Below the pieces are notes generated by a model. That model was given only the letters and a program-made list of their open reading frames with translations, made no database searches and had not been told where the DNA came from. DNA of 64,000 nucleotides. It comes from Candidatus Rifleibacteriota bacterium. Lineage in GTDB: Bacteria; Muiribacteriota; Ozemobacteria; Ozemobacterales; Ozemobacteraceae. Location: the NCBI GenBank assembly GCA_024710355.1, contig JANJUX010000012.1:1-64000 (forward strand), read 5' to 3'. Below are positions 25,613 to 34,688 of this stretch, piece by piece (position 1 is the stretch's first letter; the number at the start of each line of letters is the position of its first letter). The translations under genes and the position numbers were made by a program.

Positions 25613-27534
25613 ACATGGAAATAATGCCCGTGGTTTTATTTGCTGCCTTTGTTGGTCTGGTTCTCGGCCTCTCGTTTTATTTTGCCCGTCAGGCAAAGTC
25701 GGCCGCCGGTTATTATGCCGCCGGCGGCAGTATTCACTGGTTTGTCAACGGCATTGCCTTCGCCGGCGATTACCTCTCGGCCGCTTCCTTTCTCGGCATC
25801 TGCGGCATGATCGCTACAGCCGGCTATGACGGATTTCTCTACTCGATCGGTTATCTGGCGGGCTGGATCGTCGCGCTGTTTGTCGTGGCCGAGCCAATGA
25901 AGCGCCTTGGCAAATACACCTTCACCGATGCTCTCGATGCCAAATTCAATTCGAAGGGTATTCAGCTTGCCGCTGCGCTCAGCACCATTATCGTGTCGCT
26001 GTTTTATCTGATTCCGCAGATGGTCGGTGCCGGCGTTCTCATTACACCGCTGCTCGGCTTTCCGCACTACATCGGGGTAATTCTCGTCGGTATCATCGTC
26101 ATCACTATCGTCGCCACCGCCGGTATGACCTCGACCACTTATGTTCAGTTTCTTAAGGGCGGCCTGTTGATAGTGTTCTCGCTGATTCTGGTGGTCGTAA
26201 CCCTGAATCAGGGCCTGACTACCACGCCAGATCAGGGTGGGAAAAAGCCTTTCTATCAATACAGAACGCTCGATGCTTCTGAAGCGAACGGCAGTCTGCA
26301 GCTCAGCGATGCTTCATATCAGGTTGCCGGTCAGCGCGAAGTTGACGGCCTGACTCTGGTTAAGCTGCTGAAAGACGGCAAAATCAGCTGGTGGAATCGT
26401 GAAACCGCCGCAGCCAACGGTCAGTTCATCCTCAGGGAAGCCCAGTGGGTTATACAGAAGGCCGATGGCACGAAAATCATCAACGGTGAGGCCGCTTCGG
26501 CCGAGAACACTCTCAGGCCGATCGGCAATCTCGAAGTCATCAGGGGAAAAACCGGTGAAGAAGCAAGAATACCCGCAGTCGGCCCGGCCGAATTTCTTGC
26601 TGTCATCGGCCACCCCGAGTCGAAAGTTAAAACCTGGAAATCGGTCAAGTTTGCCGAAGACCTCGATTCTGTCACGGTTCACGTTTCATCTCTGATCCCC
26701 GGGAACCGTATTTTGCGCCCTGGTCTTAAGTTCAAGGTCGATGGCAGCTTTCTGCAGAAACTCGATTTCGTTTCGCTGATGCTGGCTCTGTTCCTGGGCA
26801 CCGCCTCGTTGCCGCATATTCTCATTCGCTACTATACGGTACCGAGTCCGGCGGCCGCGCGCAAATCGACGATTATCGCCATCGCCGCCATTGGTGCCTT
26901 CTATGTTCTGACCCTGTATATGGGCCTTGGCGCCATGGTTAACGGCACTATCAATCTGGCCGACAACAACATGTCAGCGCCGCTTCTGGCAAAGGCGTTC
27001 GGCACTTTTCTGTTCGCGATGATTTCGGCAATCGCCTTTGCAACCGTTCTCGGCACCGTCAGTGGTCTGATTGTAGCCGCCTCAGGCGCAGTTGCCCACG
27101 ATCTTATGGATAGATATCTCGGTATGAACCTTTCAGAAGAGCGCAAGGTAAGGGCCGGCAAGATTTCAGCCTTTGCCATCGGCATCGTCAGTATTTTTCT
27201 GGGTATCATCTTTGAAGGCATGAATGTCTCGTTTCTCGTCGGCTGGGCCTTTTCGGTCGCCGCATCTGCCAATCTGCCCTCGATCATCATGCTGCTGTTC
27301 TGGAAACGCACCACCGCCGAAGGCATTATCGCCTCGATCGTGACTGGCGTAATTTCGGCCATGGGCCTGATTCTGCTGTCACCAAGCATGTACAAACTCT
27401 ACGGTCTCGATGCTGCCACTGCCCCGGTTCCTATCGATAACCCGGGTGTGTTCTCGATTCCGTTGAGCTTTGTGGCTCTGGTCGTCGTTTCGTTGCTTAC
27501 CGGCAGCAAAAAGGAAGCATCAGCTTCGGTCTGA
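25609..27534 (+). CDS. actP: Sodium:solute symporter family cation/acetate symporter (ActP-like) with a ~170-aa hydrophilic insertion
   Basis: N-terminus matches ActP (AGGSIHWFVNGIAFAGDYLSAASFLGICG). SSS-family fold. Residues ~200-370 are a non-membrane insertion absent from E. coli ActP. Confidence 0.8.
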   Translation: MNMEIMPVVLFAAFVGLVLGLSFYFARQAKSAAGYYAAGGSIHWFVNGIAFAGDYLSAASFLGICGMIATAGYDGFLYSIGYLAGWIVALFVVAEPMKRLGKYTFTDALDAKFNSKGIQLAAALSTIIVSLFYLIPQMVGAGVLITPLLGFPHYIGVILVGIIVITIVATAGMTSTTYVQFLKGGLLIVFSLILVVVTLNQGLTTTPDQGGKKPFYQYRTLDASEANGSLQLSDASYQVAGQREVDGLTLVKLLKDGKISWWNRETAAANGQFILREAQWVIQKADGTKIINGEAASAENTLRPIGNLEVIRGKTGEEARIPAVGPAEFLAVIGHPESKVKTWKSVKFAEDLDSVTVHVSSLIPGNRILRPGLKFKVDGSFLQKLDFVSLMLALFLGTASLPHILIRYYTVPSPAAARKSTIIAIAAIGAFYVLTLYMGLGAMVNGTINLADNNMSAPLLAKAFGTFLFAMISAIAFATVLGTVSGLIVAASGAVAHDLMDRYLGMNLSEERKVRAGKISAFAIGIVSIFLGIIFEGMNVSFLVGWAFSVAASANLPSIIMLLFWKRTTAEGIIASIVTGVISAMGLILLSPSMYKLYGLDAATAPVPIDNPGVFSIPLSFVALVVVSLLTGSKKEASASV

Positions 27535-27541
27535 CACCGTC

Positions 27542-27575
27542 GGCAGTAACCCTGGCAGCAGGGTTACTGCCTTTT
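27542..27575 (+). terminator. Intrinsic terminator/attenuator immediately after actP
   Basis: 13-bp perfect stem ggcagtaaccctg / cagggttactgcc, 4-nt loop, then TTTT. Only 15 nt before the next start codon. Confidence 0.6.
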
Positions 27576-27589
27576 CACAGGACGCAATA

Positions 27590-30133
27590 ATGAAGAATTT
27601 TATCTTTCGCAGCATTCTGCCGACTTTTCTGACGATTCTTCTGTTCGTCTGGGCTATTTTCTTTTTTACGCTGCCGGCGCTCGAAAAGAGCGTTCTCGAT
27701 CAGAAGCGCGAGATGATCAGAGAGCTTACCAACTCGGCCTGGAACATTCTCGCCAACTTCGAGCATGACGAACGAACCGGCGTAATGACCCGCGAACAGG
27801 CTCAGAAGCTGGCGATCGAGTCTGTGAGAAACCTGCATTACGGGCAGGGAATGAAAGATTACTTCTGGATCAACGACATGCAGCCGCGCATGATCATTCA
27901 TCCCTATCGCACCGATCTCAACGGTAAAGATCTTTCTGCAATCGAGGATTCGTCTGGAAACCGCATTTTCGTTAAATTCGTCGATCTGGTAAAACGCAGC
28001 AGCGCCGGCTATGTTGAATATCTATGGCAGTGGAAAGACGATGCCACGCGGATTTCGCCGAAGCTGTCGTATGTTAAGGGTTTCGAGCCCTGGGGCTGGA
28101 TAATCGGCACCGGCGTCTATCTCAACGACGTGCGCCAGGAAATCGCCTCGATCAGAAATTACCTGCTCGTTATTTCGACCCTGATTCTCGTGCTGGCCTC
28201 GGCATTGCTGGCCTTTCTCGTCGCCGGCAGCTACCAGAACGAAAGACAGAGAGAGCGGGCCGAAGCCAGTCTGCGTGCGAGTGAAGAGAAATACCGCCTG
28301 CTCGTTGAATCGGCAGGTGAATACATGATCATGTCGCTTGGGGCCCAGAAGCTTTTCGCCAACTGCAGCATGCTTGGTCTTCTCGGTTACAGTGCCGAAG
28401 AGTTTGCGCGCCTCGATATTTCTCAGGTGGTCGAGATGTCGGCTGCCGAGATCGAGAAGGGGCGGTCTTTTCCGGTTGCGATGATGAGTGGCGAACTCAG
28501 CCCGATTCAGTATGAGTCGTATCTGGTCGGCAAAAACGGTGTCAGACATCATGTGATGATCTCGCTGTCGAGTATTCCGCAGGGTGACATGCCCGGCTTT
28601 CTGATGATCGCCTCTGAACTCACTTCGCAGCAGGAACGGGTGATCAGACAGGACCGCCTGCTCGAAGAACTGCAGCAGAGCCTGCTGTATTTTCACCAGC
28701 GGGTAACCGACATGGATACTCTGCCGGCAGTCATCTGCCCTGAAACCGTTTCTCTAGAAGAAATTGGCCGGCATTTTGAAAACGATGCCGTCACCGCCGT
28801 GCTGATTGGCAACGATGCTGGTTCTGTTAAGGGTGTGCTGATGCTTTCGGCGTTTCTCAGGCAGCTTTTTGCTGCTGGTGCCGCGGCACCGACAACAGTG
28901 CTGGCCGGGCAGCTTGAACCGGCCATCATTGTCGACGAAGATTGTCTGCTTTTCGATGTTTTTCTGCAGTATGAGAAGAACGGCTACCGGCCGGTATTTT
29001 TTCGCAATGCAGCCGGCGAGCTGAGAATGATGAACTATCGCAGTTTTATTTCGCTGCAGCGCTATTCGCCAACGGTGGCGCTGCGGCAGATTCAGGCAGC
29101 ACCCGACAACGATAATCTGGCCAGAAGTGCCGGTATTCTGCCTGAACTGGCGCGCATTCTCATCAACAATAAAACGGCAGTCAGTCAGGTCAATCGCCTG
29201 ATCACCGATTTTGCTGACATGACCATGGTGCGGGCGATAGAGCTTGCTGTTGGCAAGCTTGGGCGGCCGCCGGTCGAGTTCTGCTTTCTTGTTCTCGGCA
29301 GTCAGGGGCGCCGCGAGCAGACTCTGTGCACCGATCAGGACAACGCCATTCTCTATGCCGATCCCGAACCCGGCCAAGAAGAGCGGGTCGCCGGCTATTT
29401 CAGGGTTCTGGGTGAAGAGGTCTGCAATCTTCTAAATCGCTGCGGGTATGCCTATTGTGAGGGCAAAATCATGGCCATGAACCCGGTCTGGTGCCAGCCC
29501 CTGAAAAAATGGCAGGAGCTGTTTTCGGGCTGGATAACAGCGCTTGAAGCAGAAGACCTGCTGCAGACAAAGATTTTTTTCGATTTTCGCCCGGTAGTTA
29601 CCCCTTCTGCCAGGTCTGACGGCTATGCAGCGCTTATCGACCAGCTGCAGCGACACCTCGAAGCCGAGCTGGCAGCCAACCCGCGCTTCTTTTTCCTGCT
29701 GGCGCGCAATATTCTGCAGTATGAGCCGCCGATCGGTGTTTTTGGTAACTTTATTGTCGAAAATAAAAGGCATAAAACCGATGTGCTCGACATCAAGTCG
29801 GTCATGAACCTGGTTGTCGATTTTGCCCGGATTTATGCCCTGAAACATGGTTTGAAGGAACGCAACACGCATGAGCGGCTGAAGGCCCTGCGAGAAGCCG
29901 GTATTTTTTCTGATCAGAGTTATTACGAGCTGAAAATTGCGCTGAGTTATCTGATGCGCATCAGACTCGACAAGCAGGCCGTTTCGATCGACCAGGGGCT
30001 GTCGCCCGACAATTTTGTCAGCCCCGACCTGCTGACTTCGATCGATCAGAAAATTCTCAAGGAAATTTTTGTGCAGATCAAGAATTTTCAGGTGCGTCTC
30101 AGTTACGATTTTACCGGCATGATGAGCAACTGA
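27590..30133 (+). CDS. Membrane sensor: periplasmic sCache domain - TM - PAS/CBS region - DUF294 putative nucleotidyltransferase + DUF294_C
   Basis: N-terminal TM, then a Cache motif (KLSYVKGFEPWGWIIGTGVYLNDV), then a second TM. GlnD-like nucleotidyltransferase motif FLVLGSQGRREQTLCTDQDNAIL. C-terminal substrate-binding helical domain. Confidence 0.7.
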   Translation: MKNFIFRSILPTFLTILLFVWAIFFFTLPALEKSVLDQKREMIRELTNSAWNILANFEHDERTGVMTREQAQKLAIESVRNLHYGQGMKDYFWINDMQPRMIIHPYRTDLNGKDLSAIEDSSGNRIFVKFVDLVKRSSAGYVEYLWQWKDDATRISPKLSYVKGFEPWGWIIGTGVYLNDVRQEIASIRNYLLVISTLILVLASALLAFLVAGSYQNERQRERAEASLRASEEKYRLLVESAGEYMIMSLGAQKLFANCSMLGLLGYSAEEFARLDISQVVEMSAAEIEKGRSFPVAMMSGELSPIQYESYLVGKNGVRHHVMISLSSIPQGDMPGFLMIASELTSQQERVIRQDRLLEELQQSLLYFHQRVTDMDTLPAVICPETVSLEEIGRHFENDAVTAVLIGNDAGSVKGVLMLSAFLRQLFAAGAAAPTTVLAGQLEPAIIVDEDCLLFDVFLQYEKNGYRPVFFRNAAGELRMMNYRSFISLQRYSPTVALRQIQAAPDNDNLARSAGILPELARILINNKTAVSQVNRLITDFADMTMVRAIELAVGKLGRPPVEFCFLVLGSQGRREQTLCTDQDNAILYADPEPGQEERVAGYFRVLGEEVCNLLNRCGYAYCEGKIMAMNPVWCQPLKKWQELFSGWITALEAEDLLQTKIFFDFRPVVTPSARSDGYAALIDQLQRHLEAELAANPRFFFLLARNILQYEPPIGVFGNFIVENKRHKTDVLDIKSVMNLVVDFARIYALKHGLKERNTHERLKALREAGIFSDQSYYELKIALSYLMRIRLDKQAVSIDQGLSPDNFVSPDLLTSIDQKILKEIFVQIKNFQVRLSYDFTGMMSN

Positions 30134-30145
30134 CAGGAACAAGCG

Positions 30146-30871
30146 ATGCTATTGATAATTGGTGACGTGCATGGGCGGTTTCAGGTGATCAATGAGCAGA
30201 TTGTGCACGCTGAAACTCACTGTGGCTGCCGCGTCGATGCCGTAATCGTGCTCGGCGACATGGGCATTTTCGTCGACACGCTGCGGCGTTTTTTTGTCGA
30301 TGCGAACCAGCGCTTTTTGCGGCCGGTATACTTTGTCGACGGCAACCACGAGGAATTTTCGTGCTTTGAGTCGCTGATCGAAGAATACCGCGAATTCTTT
30401 ACCTGGCTGCCGCGCGGCCGGGTGACCGAAATATGTGGTCGGCGGTTTCTGTCGCTCGGTGGCGCCTGTTACATGGATGCGCTTAATTCGCCCTGCGGCT
30501 CTGAAATTCTCGATCATGATATTGACCGATGTCTGCGCAACCCGCCAGATGCGGTTGACATGATCGTTACTCACGATTGCCCCGAGGGCATTGGTGTTTC
30601 GGGTACCCCGGGGTTTGAATTCTACGGAACACCCGGCTTTGCGCGCAGTCAGGAGCTTGTAGAGCATTTCAAGCCCTGCCGCTGGTTTTTCGGGCATCAT
30701 CATCGCTGGTTTCATGCGTCTATTGCCGGAACCGACTTTCACGGCCTGCCCGAAAGCTGGAAAGGCTTCGGTCTGCTCGATGAAAACATGAATTATCAAA
30801 GGGTTGAAAACAGCATAAGCCTTAAATCAGACAGCTGGCTGCAACGTTTATTGCAGTTTTTTATCGGCTGA
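30146..30871 (+). CDS. Calcineurin-like metallophosphoesterase
   Basis: GDVHG, GDMG and GNHE metal-binding motifs. 13 nt downstream of the DUF294 gene. Confidence 0.75.
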   Translation: MLLIIGDVHGRFQVINEQIVHAETHCGCRVDAVIVLGDMGIFVDTLRRFFVDANQRFLRPVYFVDGNHEEFSCFESLIEEYREFFTWLPRGRVTEICGRRFLSLGGACYMDALNSPCGSEILDHDIDRCLRNPPDAVDMIVTHDCPEGIGVSGTPGFEFYGTPGFARSQELVEHFKPCRWFFGHHHRWFHASIAGTDFHGLPESWKGFGLLDENMNYQRVENSISLKSDSWLQRLLQFFIG

Positions 30872-30888
30872 CTCCTTCGTTGTGCGCC

Positions 30889-33800
30889 TCAGACGAAAAT
30901 GCGATTGAGCAGATGGCTGAGCTCGCGCAGGCTGTAGGGCTTGTGAATAAAGCCACACAGGCCCTTTTCCTGCATCATTTCGATGTCTTCTTCTTTTGAA
31001 AAACCTGAGGCGAGAACGACCTTGACGTCGGGGCAGATGCTTTTAAGGCGCTCGAAACATTCGCGACCGTTCATTTCGGGCATGATCATGTCGAGCAGCA
31101 CCAGCCTGATATTCTGCCGGTCGGCTTTGAAAGCTTCGATGCCTTCACTGGCCGAGGCTGCGGTTACTGCCTCATAGCCGAAGTGTCTGAGAATGTCGGC
31201 GGCGGTTTCTCTGATGATTTTTTCGTCGTCAATGACGAGAATAGTGCCCTTGCCACGGTGAATGGCTTCATTTTTGTCTTCTTCGTGGCACTGAAGATTC
31301 GACAATGGCAGAAGAATGTTGAAAACCGCACCATTGCCTGGTTCGCTGTAGACGGAAATGGCGCCGAGGTGTTGCCTGATAATGCCGAAGCTGACTGCCA
31401 GGCCAAGCCCGGTGCCCTTGCCTGAGGGTTTGGTAGTGAAGAACGGCTCGAAAATGCGCGAAATATTCTCGGGGCTGATGCCGATGCCAGTGTCGCGCAC
31501 CTGAATCTTTATGTAGAGGCCGGGCTCAAGCTCGTGCGCGTGCGCGGCGATTTCGTCGAGCTGAATGCACGAACTGCTGAATGACAGGGTGCCGCCGTCG
31601 GGCATTGCATGGCTGGCATTTATGCCGAGATTTATAAAAACCGTCTGCAGCTGTGAAAGATCGCCGTTGACGATTGAGTGGGGCGCCTGCAGTTGCTGCT
31701 CGATTCTGACTTTCTTGTCGATGCTGCATTCGAGCAGAGCGATGGCTTCATGCACCGCATTATGAACGTCTACCGGAACCGTGCTGAGAGGCTTCTGGCG
31801 GCCAAAGGTGAGCAGTTTCTTTATCAGGTCGGTAGCCCGGTGCGAAGAATCGAGAATAATGTTCAGAAATTTTTTCTGCCGCGGGTTGTCGCCGGCTTCC
31901 ATGAACAGAAGTTCGGCTGCACCCATGATGCCGCCCAGAACATTGTTGAAGTCATGAGCGATGCCGCCGGCGAGCTGGCCGACCGCATCCATTTTCTGCG
32001 CCTGCTGCAGCTGCTGTTCAAGCTTGCGCTGTTCGGTAATTTCAAAAAAGGCGACGACAAAATGATCGGGTTTATATTGAAAGGCCAGCCCGTCATACCA
32101 GCGGTTGTTCAGCGGCAGATGCTGTCTGAATCTGAAGGTTTTGCCGGTTCTGGCGACCCTGCCATAGTTGCCTATCCAGTCGAACGGGTCGTTTTCTATG
32201 CCGGGAAAGGCTTCTCTGACGGTTTTGCCGCGCGGGTCGACACCTGTCAGATTCACATAATTTCTGTTCGCATCGATGAAATGGTAATCAAACGGGTTGC
32301 CATTTTCATCATAGATCATGCGATGATAGGCAACCCCGAGCGGCCCATTTTCAAACAGCGCGTTGAATTTCCACTCGGCTTCCTTCAGCTTCTGATGAAT
32401 CAGGTACTCTTCGGTTATGTTTCTGAAAACGACAACCATGCCCTTCAGTTTCCCGTTTTCGTCGTGAATGAGAGAGGCCTGCTCGGAAATATGGTGTTCA
32501 TCGCCATTTTTATTTATAAGAATGATGTCTTCAGAAGTCCTGAAATGTCTGGTGTTCTGAACAGCTTTTTGAACAGCGGATTTGCACCTGCCGAGCGTTG
32601 AGCCCGGGTTGACCTGATAAATCTCGCTTATATCGCGGTTAATGGCCTCTTCAAGTTTCCAGCCGGTTATTTCTTCGGCGGCCGGGTTCATGCCTTTGAT
32701 CGCGCCATTGGTATCGGTCGAAATTACCGCATCGGCGATCGAATTCAGCGTCGTACGGTGCTTTTCTTCTTCACTTTTAATCTCTTCAAGCAGTTGATCG
32801 CGGTCTTCAATTGCACATTTTATCGAGGTTACCATCGAGTTCAGACAGCGCCCGAGTTTGCTGATTTCCTTAATTTCGCTTCTGGGAAGCTCGATAGCGC
32901 CAATTCCTTCTGATTCGATGCGTGCTGCCGCCGCCGCGAGTTCCTGCAGTGGCCGGCTCAGGCTGTCTGCAAGCATCGATGCGAGTATTGATGACAGCGA
33001 GAGGAGCAGGGTGAGAATCAGCAGGATTTTCCAGCGCAGGCGATAGAGCGGGCTTTTCAGCTCTTCTGTATATACGGATGCGACGATATACCAGTCGAGT
33101 GGTTTAAAATGAAAAGCGCAGGCTGTTTTCTCGAAGAGTGCCTTTTTGTCGCTGCCGGGTTTCTGCCATCTGTAAGAGAGCATTTCGCCCGGCCGCCCGG
33201 CAATCTGTACCAGCTGCCGCAGAATCGTTTTTTCGTGCTCCGGGTCCTGAAAACCCTCGGGCCCCTTGCCCTCGTAATCAGGGTGGACAAGTATGTTGAA
33301 GTTTGCATCGAAAAGAAAAAGATAGCTGTTTTCAGAAATTTTCACCTTGCTGAAAGCCTTTTTCAGTTCTTTGATTATAGCTTCCATGCGCAGTTGACTG
33401 TCGGTTTCGATGTCGTCCATGTAGATGCCGGCGCCGATAATCCAGTTCCAGGGTTTGAAGAGCTTCACGTAAGAAAGCTTGGCTTTTATTTCGGCGGTTC
33501 CTGAGGCGGTTGGTTTCGGCCAGAGATAGTCGACAAAACCTTCGCCATCTTCAGAGCAGGCCTGGACAAAAGCATTGAACAGGTTTTCTTTGCGACCCAG
33601 TGCATTGTTGAACAGGGGGTCGCTGCTGTCCATTCTCTGTCCTTCAAGCTCTGGCATTGCCGGGTGAGCGATAACCCGCGGATTCGGACTTTCTGCGGTG
33701 TTGACCCAGATGTAGCCGGTGCCGTCGGCATAGCGGAAATGCCGGATTCTATGCAGAAAACGTTGCTGGGCGGTCGCCTCGTCGAGCTGACCATTGATAA

Positions 33801-34089
33801 TCTGCTGCTGGTAACTCTCTGCCATGCGGCTGGTGATTTCGACGATGTTCTGCAGATTCTGCTTACGCTCTCTGGTCAGCGATTCGCGATGAAATATATA
33901 ACTGTCATACTGATTTTCAATCTGGGTCGCTGCCAGCTGCAGCATGCTTCTCGCATTGTTGAGTTCGAGTTCGACAGTGTGGCGCTCGGCCTGAATCTGC
34001 TGAAATATCGAAATCGACAGCGCAGTGATCAATACCAGCGCTGTTGTCAGGAAAAACACCCGTGCCTTGAATGATTCAAGAATTTTCAT
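30889..34089 (-). CDS. Hybrid sensor histidine kinase / response regulator (sCache - HAMP - PAS x2 - HisKA - HATPase - REC)
   Basis: sCache motif KAKLSYVKLFKPWNWIIGAGIYMDD. H-box GGIAHDFNNVL. G-boxes. C-terminal receiver (LVIDDE...LLDMIMPEMNG). Trimmed to ATG MKILESFKA.... Confidence 0.85.
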   Translation of the reverse strand: MKILESFKARVFFLTTALVLITALSISIFQQIQAERHTVELELNNARSMLQLAATQIENQYDSYIFHRESLTRERKQNLQNIVEITSRMAESYQQQIINGQLDEATAQQRFLHRIRHFRYADGTGYIWVNTAESPNPRVIAHPAMPELEGQRMDSSDPLFNNALGRKENLFNAFVQACSEDGEGFVDYLWPKPTASGTAEIKAKLSYVKLFKPWNWIIGAGIYMDDIETDSQLRMEAIIKELKKAFSKVKISENSYLFLFDANFNILVHPDYEGKGPEGFQDPEHEKTILRQLVQIAGRPGEMLSYRWQKPGSDKKALFEKTACAFHFKPLDWYIVASVYTEELKSPLYRLRWKILLILTLLLSLSSILASMLADSLSRPLQELAAAAARIESEGIGAIELPRSEIKEISKLGRCLNSMVTSIKCAIEDRDQLLEEIKSEEEKHRTTLNSIADAVISTDTNGAIKGMNPAAEEITGWKLEEAINRDISEIYQVNPGSTLGRCKSAVQKAVQNTRHFRTSEDIILINKNGDEHHISEQASLIHDENGKLKGMVVVFRNITEEYLIHQKLKEAEWKFNALFENGPLGVAYHRMIYDENGNPFDYHFIDANRNYVNLTGVDPRGKTVREAFPGIENDPFDWIGNYGRVARTGKTFRFRQHLPLNNRWYDGLAFQYKPDHFVVAFFEITEQRKLEQQLQQAQKMDAVGQLAGGIAHDFNNVLGGIMGAAELLFMEAGDNPRQKKFLNIILDSSHRATDLIKKLLTFGRQKPLSTVPVDVHNAVHEAIALLECSIDKKVRIEQQLQAPHSIVNGDLSQLQTVFINLGINASHAMPDGGTLSFSSSCIQLDEIAAHAHELEPGLYIKIQVRDTGIGISPENISRIFEPFFTTKPSGKGTGLGLAVSFGIIRQHLGAISVYSEPGNGAVFNILLPLSNLQCHEEDKNEAIHRGKGTILVIDDEKIIRETAADILRHFGYEAVTAASASEGIEAFKADRQNIRLVLLDMIMPEMNGRECFERLKSICPDVKVVLASGFSKEEDIEMMQEKGLCGFIHKPYSLRELSHLLNRIFV

Positions 34090-34242
34090 TGTACCTTGTC
34101 TGGTGAAAGCCCTGTCTGCAGATCCGGTGATGTGGTGTGAATCATGGTTTCTTGATCCAGTTCTCTGCTTCTCTCTGTTAATTATAAGGCATTTATGGCG
34201 ACTGCACCACAAAGTGAAATTATTTATACAGTAAGTGTCATA

Positions 34243-34271
34243 TTGACAGATGTCGAAAAAGTGATTATATT
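34243..34271 (+). promoter_or_regulatory. Sigma70-like promoter TTGACA-17-TATATT abutting the merR-family start (leaderless-type)
   Basis: -10 hexamer ends 6 nt before the ATG at 34278. Confidence 0.35.
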
Positions 34272-34277
34272 CTGGTT

Positions 34278-34688
34278 ATGGAAGAAAAAAAGATAAATAT
34301 CGGGCAGCTCGCTGAATTGAGCGGCGTCAGCCGCCGAACCATCAGGTTTTACGTGCAGAATGGTCTGCTGCAGCCGCCTCTGGGCGCCGGGCGCGGCCAT
34401 TACTACACCGAAGACCATCTGCGTGACCTGTTGCGCATAAAAACCCTCAAAGAAAACAATCTCAGTCTCGAAGAAGTGGCCGGGCAGCTGCGTGGCAAGA
34501 ATGAGCCCGATTCTGCGGCTTACCCGTTGCCGACTGCCTGGGTTCGCATCGAGGTCGGCCCGGGTATCGAACTGAATGTTCAGGGGGGTGTTTATCCGGT
34601 GACCCCGGCCAGAATCAGAAAACTGCAGAAGTTCGTTCATCAGCTGTTTGGCACAAATTCAACCCAGGGAGAGGTTTCTGATGAGTAA
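34278..34688 (+). CDS. MerR-family transcriptional regulator
   Basis: N-terminal MerR HTH (INIGQLAELSGVSRRTIRFYVQNGLL). Stop overlaps the next gene by 8 nt. Confidence 0.8.
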   Translation: MEEKKINIGQLAELSGVSRRTIRFYVQNGLLQPPLGAGRGHYYTEDHLRDLLRIKTLKENNLSLEEVAGQLRGKNEPDSAAYPLPTAWVRIEVGPGIELNVQGGVYPVTPARIRKLQKFVHQLFGTNSTQGEVSDE

